From positions 217,682,001 to 217,746,000 of the forward strand of contig OX597814.1 of NCBI GenBank assembly GCA_951406725.2: a DNA stretch of 64,000 nt. Reading direction: 5' to 3'. The position numbers were made by a program, and so were the translations under genes. This DNA comes from Octopus vulgaris. Its lineage: Eukaryota. The notes under the pieces were generated by a model, which saw only the letters and a program-made list of their open reading frames with translations, made no database searches and was not told where the DNA came from. Shown piece by piece: positions 13,506-27,890 of this stretch (its first letter is position 1; the number at the start of each line of letters is the position of its first letter).

Positions 13506-14810
13506 TCAGATTGAAACTAAGGCCCTAAAAGCATTATGTTTATGCTGGCCCCTGACCCTGCATCCAGTCTTCCCCTGCTGAGCATTCCATCTTACCTTCT
13601 TAATTCCCATCCCTCCAACACTCTTCTAACTATGGTACTACTCAGCTGCTATTATCATTTGAGAGCAGAATCTGCACCTATTTCACCCCCACTTTTATGC
13701 CATTGGTACCTACCTTCTATCCTTGGAATCACTTTCTATAACATCCATTTCTCATAATCATTTCTTCCCCCATTTTTTGTTCACTAATCATCCTCTTTCT
13801 GTGCATCTAGTTATCTCTCCCTTTCCTCTGAACAACACCTTAAGAATACCACACCTCATCTTTATACCTCTCGTATCTGCAATCATTCTCAGTACCTTCT
13901 CATATCTGCCACAAATGCCCACCCATTATCACCCTACCCACTGTAGCCACCTTTATGTACCACTCACCTCCATCTGTCACTGTTCAATGTGATTAAATGT
14001 GATTAACATGTTTTCTCAAGCACAGTGAATCACCAATCATCTCAGTCCTTTTCACACTTCACATCGTTTCCCTACTTTCTGATCTACCTTTAGATTTATG
14101 AGACTGTTGCTTTTCTTCCTTCTTGTGCTGCTCTTGTCATCTCCGCTTTCCTGATCCACTTCTATCTCTCACCTTTCCCCCTTCCATACTAATATTTACC
14201 ATCAACCACATCATCATCCTTGTTCATCATTTACTACATTATCCTCTACCCTCACCTCTAACCAGCACTTACTTTCTTCTCACACTCTTATGAAATTACC
14301 TCCCCTCGCTGATCCCTTGTCCCTATTCTCTCTTATACACACTTTCTTGTACCTTGAGAGTTTGCTCTAGCACCTTATCATCACTGTCTTCATTTTATTT
14401 CCAGCTACTTATCTCAAGCACCCTTATACAATGTGGAGCAATCGTGTATCCTCTCTGTAGCAAAACTGTGCTTGTCCCTCTATGATACTTTAGCCTTTCA
14501 ATACTTGACACAAAGCCACCAACCCCTTTTTCACTCCCACTCAGTCGAGGAGGCTTCTTTTTTTTTAGTTGTCTTGTAAGATATTAGGCAACCTAGTGTC
14601 AGTATCACAAAAAAAGCATCCAATACGCACTGTAGTGATTGACTTCATAAAAGGGATCCAACTATAGAAACCATAGCAAAGCTGACACTGAAGTTCAGTA
14701 GAGTCTTGTGGCTCAGTGGATCCTCTCAAACCATGCAACTCATGCTAGCATGGCAAACGAATGTTAAACAATGAGGATATTAATGATGATCTCACACACA
14801 CACATACATA

Positions 14811-15206
14811 TCTTTATATATAAAAGTGAGGTTGAGTGCTGTCTGTCTCCTACGATTTAGATTCCTAACTACTCCCACATTTTGCGGTGCAGTTTAACCA
14901 AAACCGGGTATCTTATAGTTGTGATTCATATCGAGCCCTTCTGGGTATTAGCGCGCGTCTACGATGAGTCTACGATTTAAAAAAAAATTTACCATCAATT
15001 TTTCCCATTTTTAATGCATTTTTGGCATATATAAGGGAAGTAACTCTCTAAAAATTTATTATTAAATCTCAGAACGTAAAAAGCTACAGTAACACCCCCC
15101 CTTTGTTGTTAGCCATATTGAGATGGCTATTATACTTTACATCTCTAAAAATGCTTATATAGTTATTTCCCTTACAAACCTGAGCAACACCGGGCGATAC
15201 TGCTAG
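14811..15206 (+). mobile_element. Non-autonomous Helitron
   Basis: A|TC 5' end, CTAG|T 3' end, subterminal GC-rich hairpin (cctgagcaacaccggg), no TSD. Confidence 0.85.
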
Positions 15207-15763
15207 TTTTATATATATATATATATATATAACTTACAACAACATTTACAATATTCTTCATTAGAATCTACTGTTACTGAACAACATTTCCACTAAATGC
15301 CTACTTGACGACGACGACGACGACAACGACAACAAAAACAACAACAACAACAACATATAAAAAAAAACCTACTGATTTTTTTTTTTACCAGTGATCACTG
15401 ATTGACCTAATGATCAATTAGCATACATAGGTGGCTACTCCTAATATGTAGATAATGTATGTTGGTGATTTTGCTATAGTTACCATTCAACAAGTTTGAA
15501 AAGAATGGACTTGATGGAAATAATTGGATGTACGACTGTAATGATCTACCCTTATCAGTACCCACAATCAATATACTCTAGAAAAATATTGGATAACAAC
15601 CCATCAACTCTATGTTACATAACTCTATGATTATGTCTCCAACACTCTTCTTTCTCTACATTAACAAAATTACTTGCAATCACAAACACCAATTTTTACT
15701 CCAGTGCAGGTGAAATTACTCTTCATTTCTTCTTAATGTTCTGTGTATAACCCTTTAGCAGTT

Positions 15764-18700
15764 AAACTGACCATATCTGGCCCAAATATTCTACATGCTA
15801 TATGTCCAAACTGACCATATCTGGCCCAAATATTCTACATGCTATATGTCCAAACTGACCATATCTGGCCCAAATATTCTACATGCTATATGTCCAAACT
15901 GACCATATCTGGCCCAAATATTCTACATGCTATATGTCCAAACCGACCATATCTGGCCCAAATATTCTACATGCTATATGTCCAAACTGACCATATCTGG
16001 CCCAAATATTCTACATGCTATATGTCCAAACTGACCATATCTGGCCCAAATATTCTACATGCTATATGTCCAAACTGACCATATCTGGCCCAAATATTCT
16101 ACATGCTATGTGTCCAAACTGACCATATCTGGCTCAAATATTCTACATGCTATATGTCCAAACTGACCATATCTGGCCCAAATATTCTACATGCTATGTG
16201 TCCAAACTGACCATATCTGGCTCAAATATTCTACATGCTATATGTCCAAACTGACCATATCTGGCCCAAATATTCTACATGCTATATGTCCAAACTGACC
16301 ATATATGGCCCAAATATTCTACATGCTATATGTCCAAACTGACCATATATGGCCCAAATATTCTACATGCTATATGTCCAAACTGACCATAGCTGGCCCA
16401 AATATTCTACATGCTATATGTCCAAACTGACCATATATGGCCCAAATATTCTACATGCTATATGTCCAAACTGACCATATCTGGCCCAAATATTCTACAT
16501 GCTATATGTCCAAACTGACCATATCTGGCCCAAATATTCTACATGCTATATGTCCAAACTGACCATATCTGGCCCAAATATTCTACATGCTATATGTCCA
16601 AACTGACCATATCTGGCCCAAATATTCTACATGCTATATTTCCAAACTGACCATATCTGGCCCAAATATTCTACATGCTATATTTCCAAACTGACCATAT
16701 CTGGCCCAAATATTCTACATGCTATATGTCCAAACTGACCATATCTGGCCCAAATATTCTACATGCTATATGTCCAAACTGACCATATCTGGCACAAATA
16801 TTCTACATGCTATATGTCCAAACTGACCATATCTGGCCCAAATATTCTACATGCTATATGTCCAAACTGACCATATCTGGCCCAAATATTCTACATGCTA
16901 TATGTCCAAACTGACCATATCTGGCCCAAATATTCTACATGCTATATGTCCAAACTGACCATATCTGGCCCAAATATTCTACATGCTATATGTCCAAACT
17001 GACCATATCTGGCCCAAATATTCTACATGCTATATGTCCAAACTGACCATATCTGGCCCAAATATTCTACATGCTATATGTCCAAACCGATCATATCTGG
17101 CCCAAATATTCTACATGCTATATGTCCAAACTGACCATATCTGGCCCAAATATTCTACATGCTATATGTCCAAACTGACCATATCTGGCCCAAATATTCT
17201 ACATGCTATATGTCCAAACTGACCATATCTGGCCCAAATATTCTACATGCTATATGTCCAAACCGATCATATCTGGCCCAAATATTCTACATGCTATATG
17301 TCCAAACTGACCATATCTGGCCCAAATATTCTACATGCTATATGTCCAAACTGACCATATCTGGCCCAAATATTCTACATGCTATATGTCCAAACTGACC
17401 ATATCTGGCCCAAATATTCTACATGCTATATGTCCAAACTGACCATATCTGGCCCAAATATTCTACATGCTATATGTCCAAACTGACCATATCTGGCCCA
17501 AATATTCTACATGCTATATGTCCAAACTGACCATATCTGGCCCAAATATTCTACATGCTATATGTCCAAACTGACCATATCTGGCCCAAATATTCTACAT
17601 GCTATATGTCCAAACCGATCATATCTGGCCCAAATATTCTACATGCTATATGTCCAAACTGACCATATCTGGCCCAAATATTCTACATGCTATATGTCCA
17701 AACTGACCATATCTGGCCCAAATATTCTATATGCTATATGTCCAAACTGACCATATCTGGCCCAAATATTCTATATGTCCAAACTGACCATATCTGGCCC
17801 AAATATTCTACATGCTATATGTCCAAACTGACCATATCTGGCCCAAATATTCTACATGCTATATGTCCAAACTGACCATATCTGGCCCAAATATTCTACA
17901 TGCTATATGTCCAAACTGACCATATCTGGCCCAAATATTCTACATGCTATATGTCCAAACAAAATTTACATGATCATATCTGGCCCAAATATTCTACATG
18001 CTATATGTCCAAACTGACCATATCTGGCCCAAATATTCTACATGCTATATGTCCAAACTGACCATATCTGGCCCAAATATTCTACATGCTATATGTCCAA
18101 ACTGACCATATCTGGCCCAAATATTCTATATGCTATATGTCCAAACTGACCATATCTGGCCCAAATATTCTATATGTCCAAACTGACCATATCTGGCCCA
18201 AATATTCTACATGCTATATGTCCAAACTGACCATATCTGGCCCAAATATTCTACATGCTATATGTCCAAACTGACCATATCTGGCCCAAATATTCTACAT
18301 GCTATATGTCCAAACTGACCATATCTGGCCCAAATATTCTACATGCTATATGTCCAAACTGACCATATCTGGCTCAAATATTCTACATGCTATATGTCCA
18401 AACTGACCATATCTGGCTCAAATATTCTACATGCTATATGTCCAAACTGACCATATCTGGCCCAAATATTCTACATGCTATATGTCCAAACTGACCATAT
18501 CTGGCCCAAATATTCTACATGCTATATTTCCAAACTGACCATATCTGGCCCAAATATTCTATATGCTATATTTCCAAACTGACCATATCTGGCCCAAATA
18601 TTCTACATGCTATATGTCCAAACTGACCATATCTGGCCCAAATATTCTACATGCTATATGTCCAAACTGACCATATCTGGCTCAAATATTCTACATGCTA

Positions 18701-21222
18701 TATGTCCAAACTGACCATATCTGGCTCAAATATTCTACATGCTATATGTCCAAACTGACCATATCTGGCCCAAATATTCTACATGCTATATGTCCAAACT
18801 GACCATATCTGGCCCAAATATTCTACATGCTATATTTCCAAACTGACCATATCTGGCCCAAATATTCTATATGCTATATTTCCAAACTGACCATATCTGG
18901 CCCAAATATTCTACATGCTATATGTCCAAACTGACCATATCTGGCCCAAATATTCTACATGCTATATGTCCAAACTGACCACATCTGGCCCAAATATTCT
19001 ACATGCTATATGTCCAAACTGACCATATCTGGCTCAAATATTCTACATGCTATATGTCCAAACTGACCACATCTGGCCCAAATATTCTACATGCTATATG
19101 TCCAAACTGACCATATCTGGCTCAAATATTCTACATGCTATATGTCCAAACTGACCATATCTGGCCCAAATATTCTACATGCTATATGTCCAAACTGACC
19201 ATATCTGGCCCATTATATTCTACATGCTATATTTCCAAACTGACCATATCTGGCCCAAATATTCTATATGCTATATTTCCAAACTGACCATATCTGGCCC
19301 AAATATTCTACATGCTATATGTCCAAACTGACCATATCTGGCTCAAATATTCTACATGCTATATGTCCAAACTGACAATATCTGGCCCAAATATTCTACA
19401 TGCTATATGTCCAAACTGACCATATCTGGCTCAAATATTCTACATGCTATATGTTCAAACTGACCATATCTGGTCCAAATATTCTACATGCTATATGTCC
19501 AAACTGACCATATCTGGCCCAAATATTCTACATGCTATATGTCCAAACTGACCATATCTGGCCCAAATATTCTACATGCTATATTTCCAAACTGACCATA
19601 TCTGGCCCAAATATTCTATATGCTATATTTCCAAACTGACCATATCTGGCCCAAATATTCTACATGCTATATGTCCAAACTGACCATATCTGGCCCAAAT
19701 ATTCTACATGCTATATGTCCAAACTGACCATATCTGGCCCAAATATTCTACATGCTATATGTCCAAACCAACCATATCTGGCCCAAATATTCTACATGCT
19801 ATATGTCCAAACCGACCATATCTGGCCCAAATATTCTACATGCTATATGTCCAAACTGACCATATCTGGCCCAAATATTCTACATGCTATATGTCCAAAC
19901 CGACCATATCTGGCCCAAATATTCTACATGCTATGTGTCCAAACCGACCATATCTGACCCAAATATTCTACATGCTATATGTCCAAACTGACCATATCTG
20001 GCCCAAATATTCTACATGCTATATGTCCAAACTGACCATATCTGGCCCAAATATTCTACATGCTATATGTCCAAACTGACCATATCTGGCCCAAATATTC
20101 TACATGCTATATGTCCAAACCGTCCATATCTGGCCCAAATATTCTATATGCTATATGTCCAAACTGACCATATCTGGCCCAAATATTCTACATGCTATAT
20201 GTCCAAACTGACCATATCTGGCCCAAATATTCCACATGCTATATGTCCAAACCGACCATATCTGGCCCAAATATTCCATATGCTATATGTCCAAACCGAC
20301 CATATCTGGCCCAAATATTCCATATGCTATATGTCCAAACTGACCATATCTGGCCCAAATATTCTACATGCTATATGTCCAAACTGACCATATCTGGCCC
20401 AAATATTCTACATGCTATATGTCCAAACTGACCATATCTGGCCCAAATATTCTACATGCTATATGTCCAAACTGACCATATCTGGCCCAAATATTCTACA
20501 TGCTATATGTCCAAACCGACCATATCTGGCCCAAATATTCTATATGCTATATGTCCAAACTGACCATATCTGGCCCAAATATTCTACATGCTATATGTCC
20601 AAACTGACCATATCTGGCCCAAATATTCTACATGCTATATGTCCAAACCGACCATATCTGGCCCAAATATTCCATATGCTATATGTCCAAACCGACCATA
20701 TCTGGCCCAAATATTCCATATGCTATATGTCCAAACTGACCATATCTGGCCCAAATATTCTACATGCTATATGTCCAAACTGACCATATCTGGCCCAAAT
20801 ATTCTACATGCTATATGTCCAAACTGACCATATCTGGCCCAAATATTCTACATGCTATATGTCCAAACTGACCATATCTAGCCCAAATATTCTACATGCT
20901 ATATGTCCAAACCGATCATATCTGGCCCAAATATTCTATATGCTATATGTCCAAACTGACCATATCTGGCCCAAATATTCTACATGCTATATGTCCAAAC
21001 TGACCATATCTGGCCCAAATATTCTACATGCTATATTTCCAAACTAACCATATCTGGCCCAAATATTCTATATGCTATATGTCCAAACCGACCATATCTG
21101 ACCCAAATATTCTACATGCTATATGTCCAAACTGACCATATCTGGCCCAAATATTCTACATGCTATATGTCCAAACTGACCATATCTGGCCCAAATATTC
21201 TACATGCTATATGTCCAAACTG
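15764..21222. repeat. 44-bp tandem repeat, about 124 copies (aaactgaccatatctggcccaaatattctacatgctatatgtcc)
   Basis: Directly visible head-to-tail units with few substitutions and no spacers. Confidence 0.98.
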
Positions 21223-21490
21223 GCCAGGTTTGGCCTTTCATTCCTATTCTACAATATCATTCTAAAAATAAACAATTACATCATCAAAATCTCAAAGATA
21301 CAAGTTAATGCATGATTAATTGACCTCACTAGTACAAGAGGCATGGAAAAAGCATCCAGTACATGCTGTAAAGTAGGTGATATTAGGAAGGACATCTACC
21401 TGTAGAAACAATGCCAAAGCAGACCCTAGAGCACGATGTGGTCCTTGGGTCCATCCAATCCTATCAAACTGTCTAACCTATGGACATTAA

Positions 21491-21521
<31 letters not shown>

Positions 21522-21744
21522 CGGTGGTACATTATTGCTATGTTTCAAAGTACAGAATATATCTATAGATTTTAGCCAATATTAGGGTTGGCTACAACTA
21601 TCATGCAATGTCAAAGCAAGGAGACAGTAATGCACACACACACACACGCGCATATGTGGGCGTGTATACATATATCTAGTCAAACTGTCCAACCCATGCC
21701 AGTATGGAAAACAGACGTTAAAGGAAGATGATGATGACGTAGAT

Positions 21745-21900
21745 TTATATACAACAGGCTTCATTTAGTTTCTGTCTACCAAATCCACTTACAAGGCTTT
21801 GGTCAACCAAGGTCTATACTTGGCCATCCAAGGAACCATGCAGCAGAGCTAAACTGGGAACCAAGTGATTGGGAAACAAACTTAGCCACCCCTGCACCTC
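21745..21900 (-). mobile_element. SINE family A 5' half (decayed), continuous with the 17-bp array
   Basis: acaggcttc..agtttctgtctaccaaatccacttacaaggc is the reverse complement of the 7435-7597 segment. Confidence 0.75.
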
Positions 21901-24562
21901 TGTATCTATTCCACACCTGCACCTATGCCACCCCTGTACCTATGCCACCCCTGCACCTATGCCACCCCTGCACCTATGCCACCCCTGCACCTATGCCACC
22001 CCTGCACCTATGCCACCCCTGCACCTCTGCTACACCTGCACCTCTGCCACCCCTGCACCTCTGCCACCCCTGCATCTATTCCACACCTGCACCTATGCCA
22101 CCCCTGCACCTATGCCACCCCTGCACCTATGCCACCCCTGCACCTATGCCACCCCTGCACCTATGCCACCCCTGCACCTATGCCACCCCTGTACCTATGC
22201 CACCCCTGCACCTATGCCACCCCTGTACCTATGCCACCCCTGCACCTATGCCACACCTGCACCTATTCCACCCCTGCACCTATGCCACCCCTGTACCTAT
22301 GCCACCCCTGCACCTATGCCACCCCTGTACCTATGCCACCCCTGCACCTATGCCACCCCTGCACCTATGCCACCCCTGTACCTATGCCACCCCTGCACCT
22401 ATGCCACCCCTGTACCTATGCCACCCCTGCACCTATGCCACCCCTGCACCTATGCCACCCCTGCACCTATGCCACCCCTGCACCTATGCCACACCTGCAC
22501 CTATGCCACCCCTGTACCTATGCCACCCCTGCACCTCTGCTACACCTGCACCTCTGCCACCCCTGCACCTATTCCACCCCTGCACCTATGCCACACCTGC
22601 ACCTATTCCCACCCCTGCACCTATGCCACCCCTGCACCTATGCCACCCCTGTACCTATGCCACCCCTGCACCTCTGCTACACCTGCACCTCTGCCACCCC
22701 TGCACCTATGCCACCCCTGCACCTATGCCACCCCTGCACCTATTCCACACCTGCACCTATGCCACACCTGCACCTATTCCACCCCTGCACCTATGCCACC
22801 CCTGTACCTATGCCACCCCTGCACCTCTGCTACACCTGCACCTCTGCCACCCCTGCACCTATGCCACCCCTGCACCTATGCCACACCTGCACCTATTCCA
22901 CCCCTGCACCTATGCCACCCCTGCACCTATGCCACCCCTGTACCTATGCCACCCCTGCACCTATGCCACCCCTGCACCTATGCCACCCCTGTACCTATGC
23001 CACCCCTGTACCTATGCCACCCCTGTACCTATGCCACCCCTGCACCTATGCCACCCCTGCACCTATGCCACACCTGCACCTATTCCACCCCTGCACCTAT
23101 GCCACCCCTGCACCTATGCCACCCCTGTACCTATGCCACCCCTGCACCTATGCCACACCTGTACCTATGCCACCCCTGTACCTATGCCACCCCTGCACCT
23201 ATGCCACACCTGCACCTATGCCACCCCTGTACCTATGCCACCCCTGTACCTATGCCACCCCTGCACCTATGCCACCCCTGTACCTATGCCACCCCTGTAC
23301 CTATGCCACCCCTGCACCTATGCCACACCTGCACCTATTCCACCCCTGCACCTATGCCACCCCTGCACCTATGCCACCCCTGTACCTATGCCACCCCTGC
23401 ACCTCTGCTACACCTGCACCTCTGCCACCCCTGCACCTATGCCACCCCTGCACCTATGCCACACCTGCACCTATTCCACCCCTGCACCTATGCCACCCCT
23501 GCACCTATGCCACCCCTGTACCTATGCCACCCCTGCACCTATGCCACCCCTGCACCTATGCCACCCCTGTACCTATGCCACCCCTGCACCTATGCCACCC
23601 CTGTACCTATGCCACCCCTGCACCTATGCCACCCCTGCACCTATGCCACCCCTGTACCTATGCCACCCCTGCACCTATGCCACCCCTGTACCTATGCCAC
23701 CCCTGCACCTATGCCACCCCTGCACCTATGCCACCCCTGCACCTATGCCACCCCTGCACCTATGCCACCCCTGTACCTATGCCACCCCTGCACCTCTGCT
23801 ACACCTGCACCTCTGCCACCCCTGCACCTATTCCCACCCTGCACCTATGCCACACCTGCACCTATTCCACCCCTGCACCTATGCCACCCCTGCACCTATG
23901 CCACCCCTGTACCTATGCCACCCCTGCACCTCTGCTACACCTGCACCTCTGCCACCCCTGCACCTATTCCACACCTGCACCTATGCCACCCCTGCACCTA
24001 TTCCACACCTGCACCTATGCCACACCTGCACCTATTCCACCCCTGCACCTATGCCACCCCTGTACCTATGCCACCCCTGCACCTCTGCCACACCTGCACC
24101 TCTGCCACCCCTGCACCTATGCCACCCCTGCACCTATGCCACCCCTGCACCTATGCCACCCCTGCACCTATGCCACCCCTGTACCTATGCCACCCCTGCA
24201 CCTCTGCTACACCTGCACCTCTGCCACCCCTGCACCTATGCCACCCCTGCACCTATGCCACCCCTGCACCTATGCCACCCCTGTACCTATGCCACCCCTG
24301 CACCTATGCTACACCTGCACCTCTGCCACCCCTGCACCTATTCCACCCCTGCACCTATGCCACACCTGCACCTATTCCACCCCTGCACCTATGCCACCCC
24401 TGCACCTATGCCACCCCTGTACCTATGCCACCCCTGCACCTCTGCTACACCTGCACCTCTGCCACCCCTGCACCTATTCCACACCTGCACCTATGCCACA
24501 CCTGCACCTATTCCACACCTGCACCTCTGCCACCCCTGCACCTATGCCACCCCTGTATCTAT
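21885..24562. repeat. 17-bp minisatellite, about 157 copies (gccacccctgcacctat)
   Basis: Directly visible, with recurring variant units (gtac, acac, attcc, tctgctac). Confidence 0.98.
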
Positions 24563-25050
24563 GAAGAAATTACTTCTCTTTGACATTGATGAAGACTCCC
24601 TAACTCAATATCTCACTTGTTTGGGTCTGAGGACAGAAATGTCGTTTCTCAGTGAAGAGGTCAGGGCTATTACTGGATTCACTGGCTCTTCATATAAACT
24701 GGACACGTTTTTATTAACCTCTGAAACCAACAAAATTCAATGGCTATGATGACAACTAATGTAGTTTTCCCCTATAACTGGTTCCTCCAACTTCAGAATA
24801 AAGTAACATTTTAGCAATCATTACAGCATTGACTAAAATGTTTTGCATCATTTGTGCCAGCCAAGATAGTCAGCTGGCAGGATTGTTAATATTGCTTAGA
24901 TGCATTTCTTCAAGCTTTATGGTCTGAGTTCAAATTCCACATCATTTTGAGGTTAATGAAATATAGTACGAGTTGGGCTCACGGGATGATGTGATCAACT
25001 ACACTTTCCCACTGAAAAAAAAATCTCAGTCCTTAAGCCTACAGTAGAAA

Positions 25051-25371
25051 TCATCATCATCATCATCGTTTAACGTCCGTTTTCCGCGCTAGCACGGGTT
25101 GGACGGTTTGACTGGGGTCTGGGAAGCCAGGGGCTGCACCAGGTTCCAGTCAGATCTGGCAGTGTTTCTACAGCTGGATGCCCTTCCTAATGCCAACCAC
25201 TCCGTGAGTGTAGTGGGTGCTTTTTACGTGCCACCGGCACAGGTGCCTGGGGGGTCTGGCATTGGCCACGATTGGTTGGTGCTTTTAATGTGTCACCAGC
25301 ACGGAAGCCAGCCAAGGCAGCACTGGCATTGGCCACGTTCGGATGGTGCTTTCTATGTGCCACCGGCACAG
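25051..25371 (-). mobile_element. 5'-truncated 3' end of the RTE LINE family
   Basis: (CAT)n-cgtttaacgtccg...ggatgcccttcctaa...gtagtgggtgc matches 8051-8400. Confidence 0.85.
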
Positions 25372-26536
25372 GTAAAGAAGAAAATCATTTGTTCCAACTC
25401 TTTGATCTGAGTTGAAAGGGGATCAATAAACAAGTATCAGTCCAGGGCAGTGGACTGGCAAAATTGTCAGAGCATTAGACAGAGATGCTTTTGTGGTACT
25501 TGTTCCAGCTCTTTATGTTCTGTGTTCAAATTCTGTTGATGGCCAGGGTTAGTCATCTGACTATGGGACAACAGATGGTTACAAACTTATGAAAGCTGCA
25601 GTAAGTGCAGGACGAGTGTGGCCATCTACAACTGAAGTTGAATGACAATGATGACGAATGAATGAATGTATTCTCCCCATCTATTATTAACCCTACACCA
25701 GCAAATCGAATTAAACATTAATCAGTTATCCATTTATCTCAATTCCCCATTGTAGACTGGCCTTGAATATTTCTCAAAATAGCCAATATTAAATAGCATG
25801 TCAGGATGTGCACAGTCTAATCCGAATATCTCTGAGAGCTGTTTTCACAATTTCCATTGCTACACATTGTCCTTTCATTTAGAAGAGACAACCACATTTA
25901 TTAGACTATAATAATCTGTTCTTTTCTATTCTATCCTATCCTTTAGCAGAGGATTTGGCATTGACACTAGAAACTAGCAAATTACTTGTCAGTTTCCATT
26001 TAATGTATTGTCCTACTTCAGAATGATCTGCTCTGTTTTTACATGCTCTACCGAACTCTTTAGGTAGAAAGGGACATCAACACCTTATGTATCTAGTCTC
26101 TGTAACTCCCCTGGCTCCATGAGAGTCTTCACGTAATCACTTAAACTGCCAGAAATAGCAGTTAAATCTGCCTCATATCATACCCTCTCATCTTATAAAA
26201 AGTTGTCAGCAATGGATAAGGCAATCCTAGATATTACAGTGAAGAAAAAAAGAAAAAGAAATGAAGACAGGATGTGAATAAAAGCTATGCAATTCTAAAT
26301 TTTAAGGTCAAAGTTCAAATGTCACCAGGTCAAACTTGCTTCTTAATCTGTATGGGCACTGATTAGATATGTACAAGTAATCATTCTTCTAGGAAATCCT
26401 TATTAAAAAGTATAAAGATTGCTATTGTGTTTGGATTCTCAGTTGACAAATGTTCAACTGTTCTTTTCCTAAAATATATCATGAATCAGTTCTTCTTATA
26501 TTTACTCTTTATCCACTCCACACAAAATATTCTATT

Positions 26537-26900
26537 CATTCATCATCATCATCATCATCGTTTAACGTCCGTTCTCCATGCTAGCATGGGTTGGACGGTT
26601 CGACCGGGGATCTGGGAAGCCAGAAGGCTGCACCAGGCTCCAGTCTTATCTGGCAATGTTTCTACAGCTGGATGCCCTTCCTAACGCCAACCACTCCATG
26701 AGTGTAGTGGGTGCTTTTTACCTGCCAGGCGAGGCTGGCAACGGCCACGGTTGGATTGGTGCACTTTACGTGCCACTGGCACAGAAGCCAGTCAAGGCGG
26801 CACTGGCATCGGCCACGATTCGGATAGTGCTTTTTACGTACCACCAGTCCAGGGGTCCTGGCATCTGCCGGGTGCCAGTCATAGGATTGGTTCAATGTTA
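26537..26900 (-). mobile_element. 5'-truncated 3' end of the RTE LINE family
   Basis: Same (CAT)n tail and 3'UTR sequence as 8051-8400. Confidence 0.85.
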
Positions 26901-27588
26901 AGAGGTGGTGCATGGTACCAGAATTTTCGGCTCGAGTCAAATATAACGGACTATTCCAAGTTGTTGTTAAAGCATTCACAGAAGTGGAGTCAAGACTGGT
27001 TAGTTTGTATTGGCCTTGAGTCATATTAGTTGTAATAATAAAATCAAACCAAATAGTAAAATGGTTTCAAAATGTCAGGATTTAGTTTGACTTCATTATT
27101 ACAACAATATATATTCTTTTATTCTTTTACTTGTTTCAGTCATTTCACCGTGGCCATGCAGGAGCATCGCCTTGAAGGGGTTTATTGAACAAATCCACCC
27201 TAGGAGTTCATTTTTTTGAAGCCTAGTACTTATTCTATTGGTCTCTTTTGCTGAGCCACTAGGTTACGTGGACATAAACATTGGTTGTCAAGCAGTGATG
27301 AATGGACAAACACTGACACAGACATGTGCGCACACACACACACACAGATACATGCATACATACGTACATATATATATTCTGTGGCCATACTGGGGCACTG
27401 CCTTGAAAAATTTTAATCAAATGAATTGACCCCCAGTGCTTATTTTTTTAAGCCTGGTAATTACTGTATTATCTGCTTTTGTTGAACTGTTAAGTTACAG
27501 GGATGTAAACACACCAACGTTGGTTGTTGGGTGATGGAGTGGGGGGGGACAAACAAACACAAAGACATACACACACACACACACACAC

Positions 27589-27663
<75 letters not shown>

Positions 27664-27664
<1 letters not shown>

Positions 27665-27890
27665 CATCATCATCATTTAACATCCGTTTTCCATGCTAGC
27701 ATGGGTTGGACGGTTTTGACTGAGGGCTGGTGAACCAGAAGGCTGCACCAGGCTCCAGTCTTGATCTGGCAGAGTTTCTACAGCTGGATGCCCTTCCTAA
27801 CGCCAACCACTCCGAGAGTGTAGAGGGTGCCTTTTCTGTGCCACCGGCACGGGGGCCAGTCAGGCGGTGCTGGCAATGACCTCACTCGAA
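27664..27890 (-). mobile_element. 5'-truncated 3' end of the RTE LINE family, adjoining (TA)n/(CA)n
   Basis: Same tail and 3'UTR sequence. Confidence 0.8.

Noticed and set aside
15764-21222. CRISPR array, or repetitive protein ORFs (MLYVQTDHIWPKY...)
   Set aside because: Units are contiguous with no unique spacers, there are no cas genes, and the context is eukaryotic. The ORFs are frame-cycling products of a 44-bp unit.
21869-24749. Three ~900-aa Pro/His/Cys-rich ORFs
   Set aside because: All three plus frames are open only because the 17-bp unit lacks stops and is not a multiple of 3. An 18-bp unit near 22605 shifts the frame with no sign of constraint.
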